Below are positions 47,547 to 55,540 of a DNA stretch of 64,000 bases, in pieces (position 1 is the stretch's first letter; each line of letters opens with the position of its first letter). The translations under genes and the position numbers were made by a program. Origin of the DNA: an uncultured Flavipsychrobacter sp. (GTDB lineage Bacteria; Bacteroidota; Bacteroidia; Chitinophagales; Chitinophagaceae); assembly GCA_964464965.1 (NCBI GenBank), contig CAYXHM010000001.1, positions 251,947-315,946 of the forward strand, read 5' to 3'. Below the pieces are notes generated by a model that was not told where the DNA came from, ran no database searches, and saw only the letters and a program-made list of their open reading frames with translations.

Positions 47547-47583
47547 GTGTGCAGCGTGCAAATTTTCGCACACTGCACAGTTT
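47547..47583. repeat. Degenerate second copy of the 46434..46473 palindrome
   Basis: The right arm gcacactgcacagttt (47568..47583) is identical to 46458..46473. The left arm gtgtgcagcgtgc is imperfect. Confidence 0.8.
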
Positions 47584-47598
47584 GCACACCCCACTCTC

Positions 47599-47630
47599 GT
47601 CACTGCCAGGCACGAAGCAGCCCCGCGAAA
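47599..47630. repeat. GC-rich palindromic intergenic repeat, copy 2
   Basis: gtcactgccaggcacgaagcagccccgcgaaa. See 46582..46613. Confidence 0.7.
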
Positions 47631-47704
47631 TGAGTAACCTGTCCCACGCGAATATCAACCTCCCCCGAATGGCCTTCCTCCCGCAAAGCGGGAACGTCCA
47701 TTCT

Positions 47705-47837
47705 CCCCTCCTTCGTAAGGAGGCGAGCTTACCATATTGCTTTAAATAATTGCTCACTACTAATAAAACATTTTTTAGTTCCCCTCCTTACGAAGGAGGG
47801 GGCGTTGGACGGGCATCTTTGATGCCGTAGTCCAACG
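47705..47837. repeat. Cluster of GC-rich hairpin repeats (cccctcctt-NNN-aaggagg in both orientations, plus a nested hairpin)
   Basis: 47705..47723 is cccctccttcgtaaggagg. 47781..47801 is cccctccttacgaaggagggg, which is its reverse complement over 19 nt. 47803..47837 is cgttggac ... gtccaacg enclosing ggcatc ttt gatgcc. Confidence 0.75.
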
Positions 47838-47932
47838 GGGGAGGTGGACACCCGCGCAGGAGAAGCCGGGTAGCCGGCGGGGCACACCCATCCCTTTTTT
47901 ATATATCTTCGCAAAGGCAAACAGGTTTACGT

Positions 47933-48337
47933 ATGAAAGTGAATGAAGTTCCGCAAGACCCCAAAAAGTTTAAAGGGGGCGATGTACTGACCAAGGTGGT
48001 GTATGCGGTGGATGATGAGGGGAAATATACCGGTGTGAACAGCGCCGGGTGGGAGGCGGAGAACATGGCCACCAAACAGGCCTGGGATGCCATAGATGCA
48101 GACCTGGAAGCTATAGAAAAACAGGTAAAGGCGGGGGAAATAAGCCCCGTGGCATACTACATGAACAAATGCCTGATGGACGTGGGCCTGCTGGCAAAAT
48201 ACATGGGCAAATGGGGCTGGCAGGTAAAACGCCATATGAAGCCATCCGTCTTTAACAAACTGGGCAAAGACACCCTTGAAAAATACGCGTCAGTATTTAA
48301 TATTACAGTTGACGAACTGTTATCTTTCGGCAAATAG
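47933..48337 (+). CDS. Small protein with C-terminal XRE-like HTH, hypothetical
   Basis: 134 aa. The C-terminal half SPVAYYMNKCLMDVGLLAKYMGKWGWQVKRHMKP..F.KL....L.KYA.VF.I.VDELL follows an HTH_XRE-like pattern. A near-consensus TATCTTCG lies ~25 nt upstream. Confidence 0.55.
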   Translation: MKVNEVPQDPKKFKGGDVLTKVVYAVDDEGKYTGVNSAGWEAENMATKQAWDAIDADLEAIEKQVKAGEISPVAYYMNKCLMDVGLLAKYMGKWGWQVKRHMKPSVFNKLGKDTLEKYASVFNITVDELLSFGK

Positions 48338-48362
48338 GCGGGTACAATTATTAAAAACATCC

Positions 48363-49367
48363 ATGTCAGTTATAAATTTTAAGCATTACCAGCACGCCCA
48401 CTGCGAAAGTGGCGTGACTACCAACCTGCTGCGGCACGAAGGCGTGAGCATAACAGAGCCCCTTGCATTTGGCATAGGCGCGGGTTTGTTCTTTGCGCAC
48501 CTGCCATTTGTTAAAGTAAGCGGTGTGCCGGGCAGCAGCTTCCGCTCGTGGCCGGGGTCTATCTTCAAACGGGTGAACAAAAGCCTGGGCATAGAGGTGC
48601 ATACACAGCGTTTCAGCTCGGCAGAAAAAGCTATGGCGGGGCTGGATGCGGTGCTGCAACAGGGCAAGCCCGTAGGCATGCTCAGCAGCGTGTATTACCT
48701 GCCTTACCTGCCGGAGGCCTTCCGTTTTCACTTTAACGCGCACAACCTGGTGGCGCATGGCAAGGAAAATGGCCTCTACCACATCAGCGACCCGGTGATG
48801 GAAGACTTTACCACCATACTCCCCGAAGACCTGGCAAAAGCACGTTTTGCCAAAGGCACGCCTGAGCCTAAGGGTTTTATGTATTACGTAAAGAACGTAC
48901 CTGGAAAAATAGACTTTGCAGCGGCTATACAGAAAAGCATAAAAAAGAACTGTTACCTGATGCTTTCTCCCCCACTGCCCTGGTTTGGTATCAATGCCAT
49001 ATTCCTGCTATCCAGGAAAATAAGGAAGTATCCGCAGCAGCTCAGCCCGCGCCAGGCACAGCTTTATTTAGGCAACATTATACGTATGCAGGAAGAAATA
49101 GGCACGGGTGGTGCTGGTTTCAGGTTTTTATACGCAGCCTTTTTGCAGGAAGCAGCCACCATGCTGAACAGGGACGAACTACAACGCTTTGCCGAAGAGT
49201 TGACTGCCATAGGCGACCAGTGGCGCAACTTTGCCTACAGTGCCGCCAGGCTTATGAAAGACCGTAAAACAGACCTTGTGTCTTATGACGAGCTGGGAGA
49301 TATGTTATTGTCATGCGGGGAGAAGGAAAAAGATTTCTTCAAACGCTTGGATAAGTTAAAATGGTAA
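48363..49367 (+). CDS. BtrH_N / DUF4872-type protein (putative papain-fold peptidase-like)
   Basis: From ATG 48363: MSVINFKHYQHAHCESGVTTNLLRHEGV..SEPLAFGIGAGL.F. This matches the BtrH N-terminal domain pattern as I recall it. About 335 aa. Confidence 0.6.
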   Translation: MSVINFKHYQHAHCESGVTTNLLRHEGVSITEPLAFGIGAGLFFAHLPFVKVSGVPGSSFRSWPGSIFKRVNKSLGIEVHTQRFSSAEKAMAGLDAVLQQGKPVGMLSSVYYLPYLPEAFRFHFNAHNLVAHGKENGLYHISDPVMEDFTTILPEDLAKARFAKGTPEPKGFMYYVKNVPGKIDFAAAIQKSIKKNCYLMLSPPLPWFGINAIFLLSRKIRKYPQQLSPRQAQLYLGNIIRMQEEIGTGGAGFRFLYAAFLQEAATMLNRDELQRFAEELTAIGDQWRNFAYSAARLMKDRKTDLVSYDELGDMLLSCGEKEKDFFKRLDKLKW

Positions 49368-49407
49368 TAAGTTGCGGCTTTTTTGTTGATGCTTAAATAT
49401 TAAACCT

Positions 49408-49415
49408 TATTTTTG
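49408..49415 (+). promoter_or_regulatory. -7 promoter motif (TATTTTTG) for the GtrA-like gene
   Basis: Exact TAnnTTTG match, 16 nt upstream of ATG 49431. It overlaps the track's TTG start at 49413, which argues for the ATG. Confidence 0.45.
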
Positions 49416-49430
49416 CCTTCTTTTTACCGG

Positions 49431-49937
49431 ATGATAGTGTTAAGTACAACGAGAGATAAAATACTGGCTTTCATTGATTTTTTCCACCAGCCTTTCGCCG
49501 GTTGGATCAATCGGCAAACATTCCGCTACCTGGCTTGCGGCGGTTCTAATACCGTGCTCGACATCCTGATATATTTCATCAGCTACAATTACATACTGAT
49601 GCAGCAGCCGGTAGAGGTGCTGGGCATTACCATCTCTTCGCATATTGCCGCCTTCATCATATCTTTCAGTTTCAGTTTTCCCATAGGTTTTACTTTGTCC
49701 AAATACGTGGTGTTCCAGGAATCTACGCTAAAGGGCCGCATACAATTGTTCCGCTACGCAATGACGGTGTGCATGTGCATATTGCTCAACTATGTTTTCC
49801 TGAAGTTGTTCGTGGAAACATTCGGCTGGTTTGCCACACCTTCTAAAATACTCACTACGGTTATTGTAGCCTTCTTCAGCTATGTATCACAGCGCAATTT
49901 CACGTTCAAGGTGAAACAGGACGTAGTGAAAATGTAA
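49431..49937 (+). CDS. GtrA-family membrane protein
   Basis: FRYLACGGSNTVLDILIYFI plus 4 TM helices and a C-terminal QRNFTFK, typical of GtrA-like proteins. Confidence 0.75.
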   Translation: MIVLSTTRDKILAFIDFFHQPFAGWINRQTFRYLACGGSNTVLDILIYFISYNYILMQQPVEVLGITISSHIAAFIISFSFSFPIGFTLSKYVVFQESTLKGRIQLFRYAMTVCMCILLNYVFLKLFVETFGWFATPSKILTTVIVAFFSYVSQRNFTFKVKQDVVKM

Positions 49938-50040
49938 GCTTTGCTTTACTTCCCGGGTAGTTAATTGTCATAAGGCTTTTGTAATTTTTTACCTGTACGC
50001 GCCTGCCGTATTGACGAATGTCTGCACTTTATTATCTTTA

Positions 50041-51528
50041 ATGATGTTTAAGGGAATACTATCTGTTTTACTTCTTTCAAATCTGTGCATTACAACCGCT
50101 TTACAGGCGCAGCATGTTACCATTATCAACAACATAGAGCGTGCACATACCTTGCTTAATGATGTATATAGCGAGCTGAACTATAACAATACGGTGGGCG
50201 ATGTAAGCCTGCGCCTTACAGGCACGTACAAGTATGAGGGCAGCAGTACCAACCCCGCCTCTGCCAGGGATTTCACCATGTCTGCCGATGTAGTGCTGAG
50301 CAATGGTGGTGCACAACTGCTGCGTAAAGATACTTTTACCCGTGCAGGTGAGGATGCGATAACATCGTTTTACGATATAGATGCCACGCACATAAATGTG
50401 TCTGAAGCGGGCGAAGCATTAAAACTTACAGATAAAGACAAAGAAAACTACCTGTACCAGTCGCTGATATTTTCTCCCAACATGCTGTTGCAGGCCTTGC
50501 TGAGTGATGCATCGCGCAACAACTTTATCAGTACCGACGACAAGTACCACATCATACGCCACAACAATGCATCGGGCAATGTTTTTTTCCTGTACATCAA
50601 TTCCAAAACCTACTACCTGGAAAAGATAGACCAGCCCATGTATGATGTAGTTTCGGGCGACCACTTCCGTACTATTACCTACAGTAAGTACAATGTGATA
50701 GACGGCTACCAGGTGCCTGGCAAAATCGTCATCACAAAAGACTCGAACGTTATATACAATCTTAACATCCAGCTAAAAGAAATACTGCCGCGCGTAGATT
50801 ATGGCATGCAGCGCCTTACGCAGAAAACCATTGGCCAATGGCTGCATATAGTACCTATGCCACAGTGGAACAGCAAGACGGTGATAGCTGACATGAAAGA
50901 CTTCCTGGTAGTAATTGAACCACCTGCAAATGTAGAGGCCGGTTATACCCTGCTGGACAACCTGAAACGCGCATACCCCGGTAAGGAGATACGCTACTGC
51001 GTAGTTTCTCACCTGCACCCGGACCATATGGGTGGTGTACGCCCCTTTATGGAAGAAGGTACCATCATTGTAACTACAGAGAGCACACGTAACTATTTTA
51101 CAGGCATTGCACGCAACAAACACATGTTCTCAAAAGATGTCCGGGTAAAGAAAGCTATCACGCCTAAATTCCAGTTTGTGAATATGAACCGCTACGAGAT
51201 AAAAGCAGGAGACCGCGTGGTGCAACTATTCCTGCTCAACAAGCGTTCTCACCATGCGGATGAGTACATCATATCCTACATACCAGCTGACAAGATACTG
51301 GTAGAAGGAGACCTGATAAAGACCAACAACCTGAAACAGCGCACACTGAATGCCCAGGAAAAAGGCCTGGTAGATTTTATTGAATCTGAGAAGATAAATG
51401 TGAAACAAATAGTGCAAAACTGGCCGCATGAGAACGCCCCACAGATATTCGATTACAGCCTTATCAAACCGGAATCTTCCAACAAACTATTAAATGGCAC
51501 CAAAAAGGTTTTAGACGTGTTCAACTAA
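50041..51528 (+). CDS. Secreted MBL-fold metallo-hydrolase with N-terminal extra domain
   Basis: Signal peptide from ATG 50041. Contains the VVSHLHPDHMGG motif and a downstream H..DEY..Y.P...ILVEGDL. Confidence 0.75.
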   Translation: MMFKGILSVLLLSNLCITTALQAQHVTIINNIERAHTLLNDVYSELNYNNTVGDVSLRLTGTYKYEGSSTNPASARDFTMSADVVLSNGGAQLLRKDTFTRAGEDAITSFYDIDATHINVSEAGEALKLTDKDKENYLYQSLIFSPNMLLQALLSDASRNNFISTDDKYHIIRHNNASGNVFFLYINSKTYYLEKIDQPMYDVVSGDHFRTITYSKYNVIDGYQVPGKIVITKDSNVIYNLNIQLKEILPRVDYGMQRLTQKTIGQWLHIVPMPQWNSKTVIADMKDFLVVIEPPANVEAGYTLLDNLKRAYPGKEIRYCVVSHLHPDHMGGVRPFMEEGTIIVTTESTRNYFTGIARNKHMFSKDVRVKKAITPKFQFVNMNRYEIKAGDRVVQLFLLNKRSHHADEYIISYIPADKILVEGDLIKTNNLKQRTLNAQEKGLVDFIESEKINVKQIVQNWPHENAPQIFDYSLIKPESSNKLLNGTKKVLDVFN

Positions 51529-51551
51529 AATATCCAGTAGCACATAAATAG

Positions 51552-51583
51552 AAAATGCCCCGGCCAATAAACCGGGGCATTTT
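51552..51583. terminator. Bidirectional terminator (MBL gene on +, T9SS paralog 1 on -)
   Basis: aaaatgccccgg / ccaataaa / ccggggcatttt is a perfect 12-bp stem. Confidence 0.85.
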
Positions 51584-51603
51584 TCTTACTGTCTATTTAT
51601 CAA

Positions 51604-53358
51604 TTATAACCTTGTAAACTTTTCCTGGGCCACTATCCTTTCCTGCTCAGTTATCTGCACCATGTAGATATCTGCCACCAGTTGGCTGATGTCTATGCGG
51701 GTATTATTATCAGGCAATGCCCCGGTTTTAACAACACGACCGGTTTTATCTACTATCCTGTATTTAAGGTCCCTGCCTGCAATAGCTATATTGCTGATGT
51801 ACAAATCTGATGCATTGGCAGGATTAGGGTACAATACCATATCAAAAACACCATCAATGTTATCTACAGAGGTTTTGTTTACAGACAGTACCGCAACATC
51901 GCTGGTATCGCCGGGCATGTTGCACATTGCACTGCTCATTACTACACACCTGAACCTGTAGTTGTTCTGTACTGTACTTACACCTGTTACATACAACGTA
52001 TTGGTTTTTACACCGCTGTAAATGCCCCCGTTGTTCAGGTTTACAAAATTACCACCGGGTGCCGCTGCCTGCCATTGATAGCTGGCCCCTGCAGATGTCG
52101 CACCTACTTCAAATTTTATTGTTTTGCCGGGGCTGACAAATGTATCCCTGGGTGATGCTGCTACAACAGGCACAGGTGTCACATTGAGTTTCAACTCTGT
52201 AGATGTTTCTGTATTGCAAACACCATTTACAATACACCTAAACCTGCCACCGTTCAGCGTATCGTGTACACCGTTAATACGCAGCACATTACCCATGTTT
52301 GTATATAGGGGGTGGTTATCTACATCTACAAAACCGCCACTTGTAGTATATACCTGCCATTTATAAGAATTTACAGCACCCTTTGCATTAACAGATAAAT
52401 CTTTTACAGAGTTGAGACAAGCAGTATCAAGGGGTTTTAATGGCTGCAAGGCTACAAGCGGGTCAACCTGCATTTTCACCTCGTCTGTCGTATCCTCGCA
52501 TTTCATCTTACTTACAATACAACGATACTTGTTGTTATTAAAGTTGCCCGGGGTGCTTTTGGTGGTTAACTCGTTGGTCTTAGTCCCGGAATAAATACCG
52601 TCATCTTTTATATCCACAAAGCCATTGCCTGCATCTACCTGCCATTGATAGGTACCTACGTCATCACCCTCCATTATAATACTCGTCGCCATATTCTCGC
52701 ACACAACTGCGTCCACAGGTTGTTTTGTTACAGAGGTTGAGCAGGTCATCAGGTCGAAGCCGAACCTGTACAAGATTCCACGGGCAGATACCTTGGTAGA
52801 GCTTGCGGGTGTACTGTACAATTGCGTATTCCCTTTCATAAGCGGGGCATCTGTCATAATATCATATCCCGCTGGCGGGCTTGTCATCTTATCCTGGCTA
52901 ATGTCCACTATAATAGGCTGTGAGAAATCTACCGTTACAGGTGTGGTAAGTTCTATTTTTAGCCAGTCGCCAGCATTCAAAGCAGGGAAGGCCCTAGTAG
53001 GGTCATTTACAGCTTGCGTTAAGCCTGTTACATAATTGGTAAGGGTAAGTAGCGATGTGTTGCCTATGCTCACCTTAAAATTTGTATAAGTTGTTGCTAC
53101 AGATTTGCTTGCGATTTTAAAGTAAATGGCTGTAATAGTACCGGTGGTAGGCGTAGCAGGTGTAAACTTACCTGCAGGATATAGAAACTGCGACCTGTAG
53201 TCACTATAATCAGTTTTGGAATTGCTGGAACCTAATGGTACCGGATCTCCCGCACTGCCAAAAGCGAATTCGTAGGCCGGCGTTTGCGCCTTAGCACCTA
53301 CAGATACTACTGTGCATAGGACTAATAAAAATGTTTTAGCGTAAATAGAAATATTCAT
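51604..53358 (-). CDS. T9SS-secreted Ig-repeat surface protein, tandem paralog 1
   Basis: 584 aa. The order is signal peptide, a ~190-aa N-terminal domain, four Ig-like modules with Y(Q/K)WQ...G.F..(L/V)...G.YSG..T..L motifs, then the T9SS CTD LYPNPANASDLYISN...IYMVQIT. Confidence 0.85.
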   Translation of the reverse strand: MNISIYAKTFLLVLCTVVSVGAKAQTPAYEFAFGSAGDPVPLGSSNSKTDYSDYRSQFLYPAGKFTPATPTTGTITAIYFKIASKSVATTYTNFKVSIGNTSLLTLTNYVTGLTQAVNDPTRAFPALNAGDWLKIELTTPVTVDFSQPIIVDISQDKMTSPPAGYDIMTDAPLMKGNTQLYSTPASSTKVSARGILYRFGFDLMTCSTSVTKQPVDAVVCENMATSIIMEGDDVGTYQWQVDAGNGFVDIKDDGIYSGTKTNELTTKSTPGNFNNNKYRCIVSKMKCEDTTDEVKMQVDPLVALQPLKPLDTACLNSVKDLSVNAKGAVNSYKWQVYTTSGGFVDVDNHPLYTNMGNVLRINGVHDTLNGGRFRCIVNGVCNTETSTELKLNVTPVPVVAASPRDTFVSPGKTIKFEVGATSAGASYQWQAAAPGGNFVNLNNGGIYSGVKTNTLYVTGVSTVQNNYRFRCVVMSSAMCNMPGDTSDVAVLSVNKTSVDNIDGVFDMVLYPNPANASDLYISNIAIAGRDLKYRIVDKTGRVVKTGALPDNNTRIDISQLVADIYMVQITEQERIVAQEKFTRL

Positions 53359-53450
53359 ATCTGAAGTTGATTTTTTAGATGTACTTATCAGACATAGAAT
53401 CTCCTAATAACGTGAGTAAACTGTTAAACCGGAAGTTTAAAAAATATAAA

Positions 53451-53472
53451 TTTTAATCTATTTTTAATCTAT
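53451..53472 (-). promoter_or_regulatory. Tandem 11-mer (atagattaaaa x2 on the coding strand) upstream of paralog 1
   Basis: Exact tandem ttttaatctat ttttaatctat lies 93-114 nt upstream of ATG 53358. A similar pair with 11-bp spacing lies at 55424..55443 upstream of paralog 2. Confidence 0.3.
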
Positions 53473-53514
53473 TTCAGTAAAAATATTGGTGGTAGTTAAT
53501 ATTCCTGATAATAT

Positions 53515-53550
53515 AAAATGGATGACCTGGCTTGGCAGATCACCCATTTT
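53515..53550 (-). terminator. Terminator of paralog 2
   Basis: 15-bp stem. The two non-Watson-Crick positions are G-U pairs only when read on the minus strand (A-C on the plus strand). That supports minus-strand function. Confidence 0.7.
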
Positions 53551-53569
53551 ATTTGAGACATATATTTAT

Positions 53570-55327
53570 TTATAATCTTGTAAACTTCTCCTGGGCCACT
53601 ATCCTACCCTGCTCAGTTATCTGCACTATGTATATATCTGCAGCAAGCCCGCCGATATCTATGCGGGTATTATTGTCAGATAACGCGCCGGCTTTTATTA
53701 CACGGCCGGTTTTATCTACTATCTTATATCCAAACTTTCTGCCACTGGCCATAACAGTACTGCTAATGTAAAGGTCTGATGCATTGGCAGGGTTGGGATA
53801 TAATACTATGCTGACAGTACCATCAATGTTATTTACAGAGGTTTTGTCAACTGACAGCACAGCTTCGTCGCTGGTATCTCCGGGGCTGTTGCACAGCAGG
53901 CTGCTCATAATGATACACCTGAACCGGAAATTATTCTGCACGGTACTTATACCTTTTACAATAAGCTGGCTGGTTTTTACGCCGCTGTATATGCCACCAT
54001 CGTTCAGGTTTACAAAATTACCCAGTGGTGGCGCTGCCTGCCATTGGTACCTGGCACCGGCAGCAGTAGCTTCTGCTTTAAATATTGCAATACTACCCGG
54101 TTTTACGAATGTATCTCTGGGAGACAAGCCGACAGATGGTATAGGTGCTACATTAAGTTCGAGTTCAGTAGAGATTGCAGTATCACAAATCCCATCTACT
54201 ATACAACGAAACTTACCACCATCAAGTGTATCAGGCACGCCCGTTATACGTAGCACATGTCCTAAATGGGTATATGGCGGAGCTGTGGGTACATCTACAT
54301 ATCCCACTCCCGGTACTAACACTTGCCACCTGTAGTTTACAATACTGCCGTCACCTTTTATTACCAGATCTTTGGTAGCAGTAATGCAGGTTGTGTCTTT
54401 TGCATCCAGGGGTTCAAGTTTTACCAGTCCATTTACCGTAAGCACAGCTTCATCTGTAGTATCCTTACAACCTGGTTTCGCTATTATACACCTATACGCA
54501 CTTCCATTTGCACTGTAAGGCACATTATTAACACTTAATGTACCCGTCTGTGCACCAGAGTAAATACTGCCATCTGTAACATCAGAAAAAGAACCGCCAT
54601 TTTGGTTGACCTGCCATTGATAAGTGCCTATATCAACACCTGCCATTGTAAAGTCAGTTCCATCTTCTTCACAAATGGTAGCAGCAACAGGGCTATGTGT
54701 CACAGCGGTAGAACAGGTTATTACGTCAAACCCAAAACGGTAGGTTAGTGTACGCGCAGTGCCGGTTGTTAAACCTGTGTTACCATATGTATGTGCATTA
54801 CCCCCTACAGGGCCTGTACCTGTTTGAATGTCATAACCACCAGCACTACCACCATTTATACTCGTTTGACTGACATCTACTACAAGTGGTTTTGTAAAAT
54901 CAATCATTACAGGTGTTGTAAGGGTGATTTTCAACCATCCGCCTGAACTTACAGAAGGTGCGTTAAACGTGGTAGCATTCAACCCTTGTGTTAGCCCGGT
55001 AACGTAAGTCGTAGTTAAGGCTGTTTGCGTGGTATTACCTAAGCTAACAATAAGGTTACTGAAAACTGTGGCATTACAGTTGCTGGCTATTTTGAAGTAA
55101 ACTGCTGTAATCAACCCTACAGGAGGAGCAGTCGGAGTATAAAATCCTGGGTGATATAAAAACTGTGATTTGTAATTGCTCCATGAACTGGTGGGGTTAC
55201 CTAACGGTATCGCATTCCCACTAGAGCCATATGCGTATTCATGTTGAGGGGTTTGAGCTTTTACACACACACATGATATGATGCATAAGGCTACTAAAAG
55301 TGTTTTAACGTAAATAGAAATATTCAT
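53570..55327 (-). CDS. T9SS-secreted Ig-repeat surface protein, tandem paralog 2
   Basis: 585 aa with the same architecture as paralog 1. The C-terminal ~190 aa are almost identical to paralog 3. Confidence 0.85.
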   Translation of the reverse strand: MNISIYVKTLLVALCIISCVCVKAQTPQHEYAYGSSGNAIPLGNPTSSWSNYKSQFLYHPGFYTPTAPPVGLITAVYFKIASNCNATVFSNLIVSLGNTTQTALTTTYVTGLTQGLNATTFNAPSVSSGGWLKITLTTPVMIDFTKPLVVDVSQTSINGGSAGGYDIQTGTGPVGGNAHTYGNTGLTTGTARTLTYRFGFDVITCSTAVTHSPVAATICEEDGTDFTMAGVDIGTYQWQVNQNGGSFSDVTDGSIYSGAQTGTLSVNNVPYSANGSAYRCIIAKPGCKDTTDEAVLTVNGLVKLEPLDAKDTTCITATKDLVIKGDGSIVNYRWQVLVPGVGYVDVPTAPPYTHLGHVLRITGVPDTLDGGKFRCIVDGICDTAISTELELNVAPIPSVGLSPRDTFVKPGSIAIFKAEATAAGARYQWQAAPPLGNFVNLNDGGIYSGVKTSQLIVKGISTVQNNFRFRCIIMSSLLCNSPGDTSDEAVLSVDKTSVNNIDGTVSIVLYPNPANASDLYISSTVMASGRKFGYKIVDKTGRVIKAGALSDNNTRIDIGGLAADIYIVQITEQGRIVAQEKFTRL

Positions 55328-55486
55328 GTCGGAATTCTTTTTTAAATGTAGATGTATTTATCAGACACGGAATTTTTCCTTGACGTGAGTAAACAGGTTA
55401 AAAACGAAGGTTAAAAACATATATTTTAATTATTTTTTAATCTCTTTCGTTAAAATACTGGAGGTAGTTAATGCTCCTGATAATAA

Positions 55487-55521
55487 AAAATGGATGACCT
55501 GGCTGGCAGGTCATCCATTTT
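55487..55521 (-). terminator. Terminator of paralog 3
   Basis: aaaatggatgacctg / gctgg / caggtcatccatttt is a perfect 15-bp stem. It is T-rich afterwards on the minus strand. Confidence 0.8.
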
Positions 55522-55540
55522 ATTTGAGATATATATTTAT

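Larger units (their letters stand above)
44127..47930. mobile_element. Mosaic accessory islet / degraded integrative-element remnant (no integrase present)
   Basis: It lies between the CBS operon promoter and the next promoter-like motif. It contains a DUF3987 gene, a low-GC orphan gene, direct repeats and palindromic repeat clusters. Composition jumps from ~40% to ~57% to ~32% GC over 3.5 kb. Confidence 0.4.

Noticed and set aside
47416-47920. Overlapping ORFs 47416..47757(-), 47439..47633(+), 47549..47749(+) and 47729..47920(-).
   Set aside because: They run through stacked palindromic repeats and overlap each other on both strands. Their peptides are the usual repeat-derived pseudo-sequences. 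There is no coding-like periodicity that I can see.
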